Positions 63,712 to 64,000 of a stretch of 64,000 nt of DNA are shown in pieces. This DNA is from the human T2T-CHM13v2.0 reference genome, Homo sapiens, in assembly GCF_009914755.1 (NCBI RefSeq), contig NC_060937.1; one strand, given 5' to 3'. Numbering within the stretch: the stretch's first letter is position 1; every line of letters starts with the position of its first letter. The notes beneath the pieces are model-generated. The model ran no database searches, was not told the DNA's origin, and saw only the letters and a program-made list of their open reading frames with translations. Both the position numbers and the translations under genes were made by a program.

Positions 63712-64000
63712 CATTGGGGAAACTTTAAGGTCATCAGTCTAGGCAAAGAATTATTGAGTAATACCCCAAAAGCACAGGCAACCAAAGCAAAATTGTACAA
63801 ATGGGATCATATCAAGTTAAAAAGCTTCCACAAAAGAGAAAATCAACAAAGTGAAGAGACAACCCAGGGGATTAATAACCACAATATAGAAGGAACTCAA
63901 ACAATTCAATAGGAAAAATAAAATATAATAATCCAATAAAAAAAATGGACAAAGGATCTGAATAGAAATTTCTCAAAAGAAGACATACATATGGTAAACA
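63712..64000 (+). mobile_element. Younger L1 fragment (L1MA/L1PB-like), running off the window end
   Basis: GAGTAATACCCCAAAAGCACAGGCAACCAAAGCAAAA…AAATGGGATCATATCAAGTTAAAAAGCTTC…GATCTGAATAGA…TTTCTCAAAAGAAGACATACA. Confidence 0.85.

Overview
AT-rich, repeat-dense primate genomic DNA, almost certainly human: it carries a near-consensus AluYa5, a human-specific subfamily. It looks intergenic or deep intronic, and I found no intact protein-coding gene, tRNA, rRNA or CRISPR array. The only recognisable host-gene sequence is a full-length processed pseudogene of POLR3K (RNA polymerase III subunit RPC11) on the minus strand at 10820-11599. The rest is transposon fossils: Alus, two complete MaLR proviruses, solo LTRs, DNA transposons, and L1/L2/L3/L4/MIR remnants. 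Between them lie unique stretches with enhancer-like motif clusters. The most unusual structures are a ~215-bp inverted duplication at 53.1-54.3 kb, a perfect 22-bp hairpin at 36.8 kb, a fold-back-rearranged Alu at 45.9 kb, and a provirus with discordant LTRs. Repeat subfamily names come from recall of consensus sequences, not a database search, and boundaries of old repeats are approximate. I see no convincing evidence of a new biological system.
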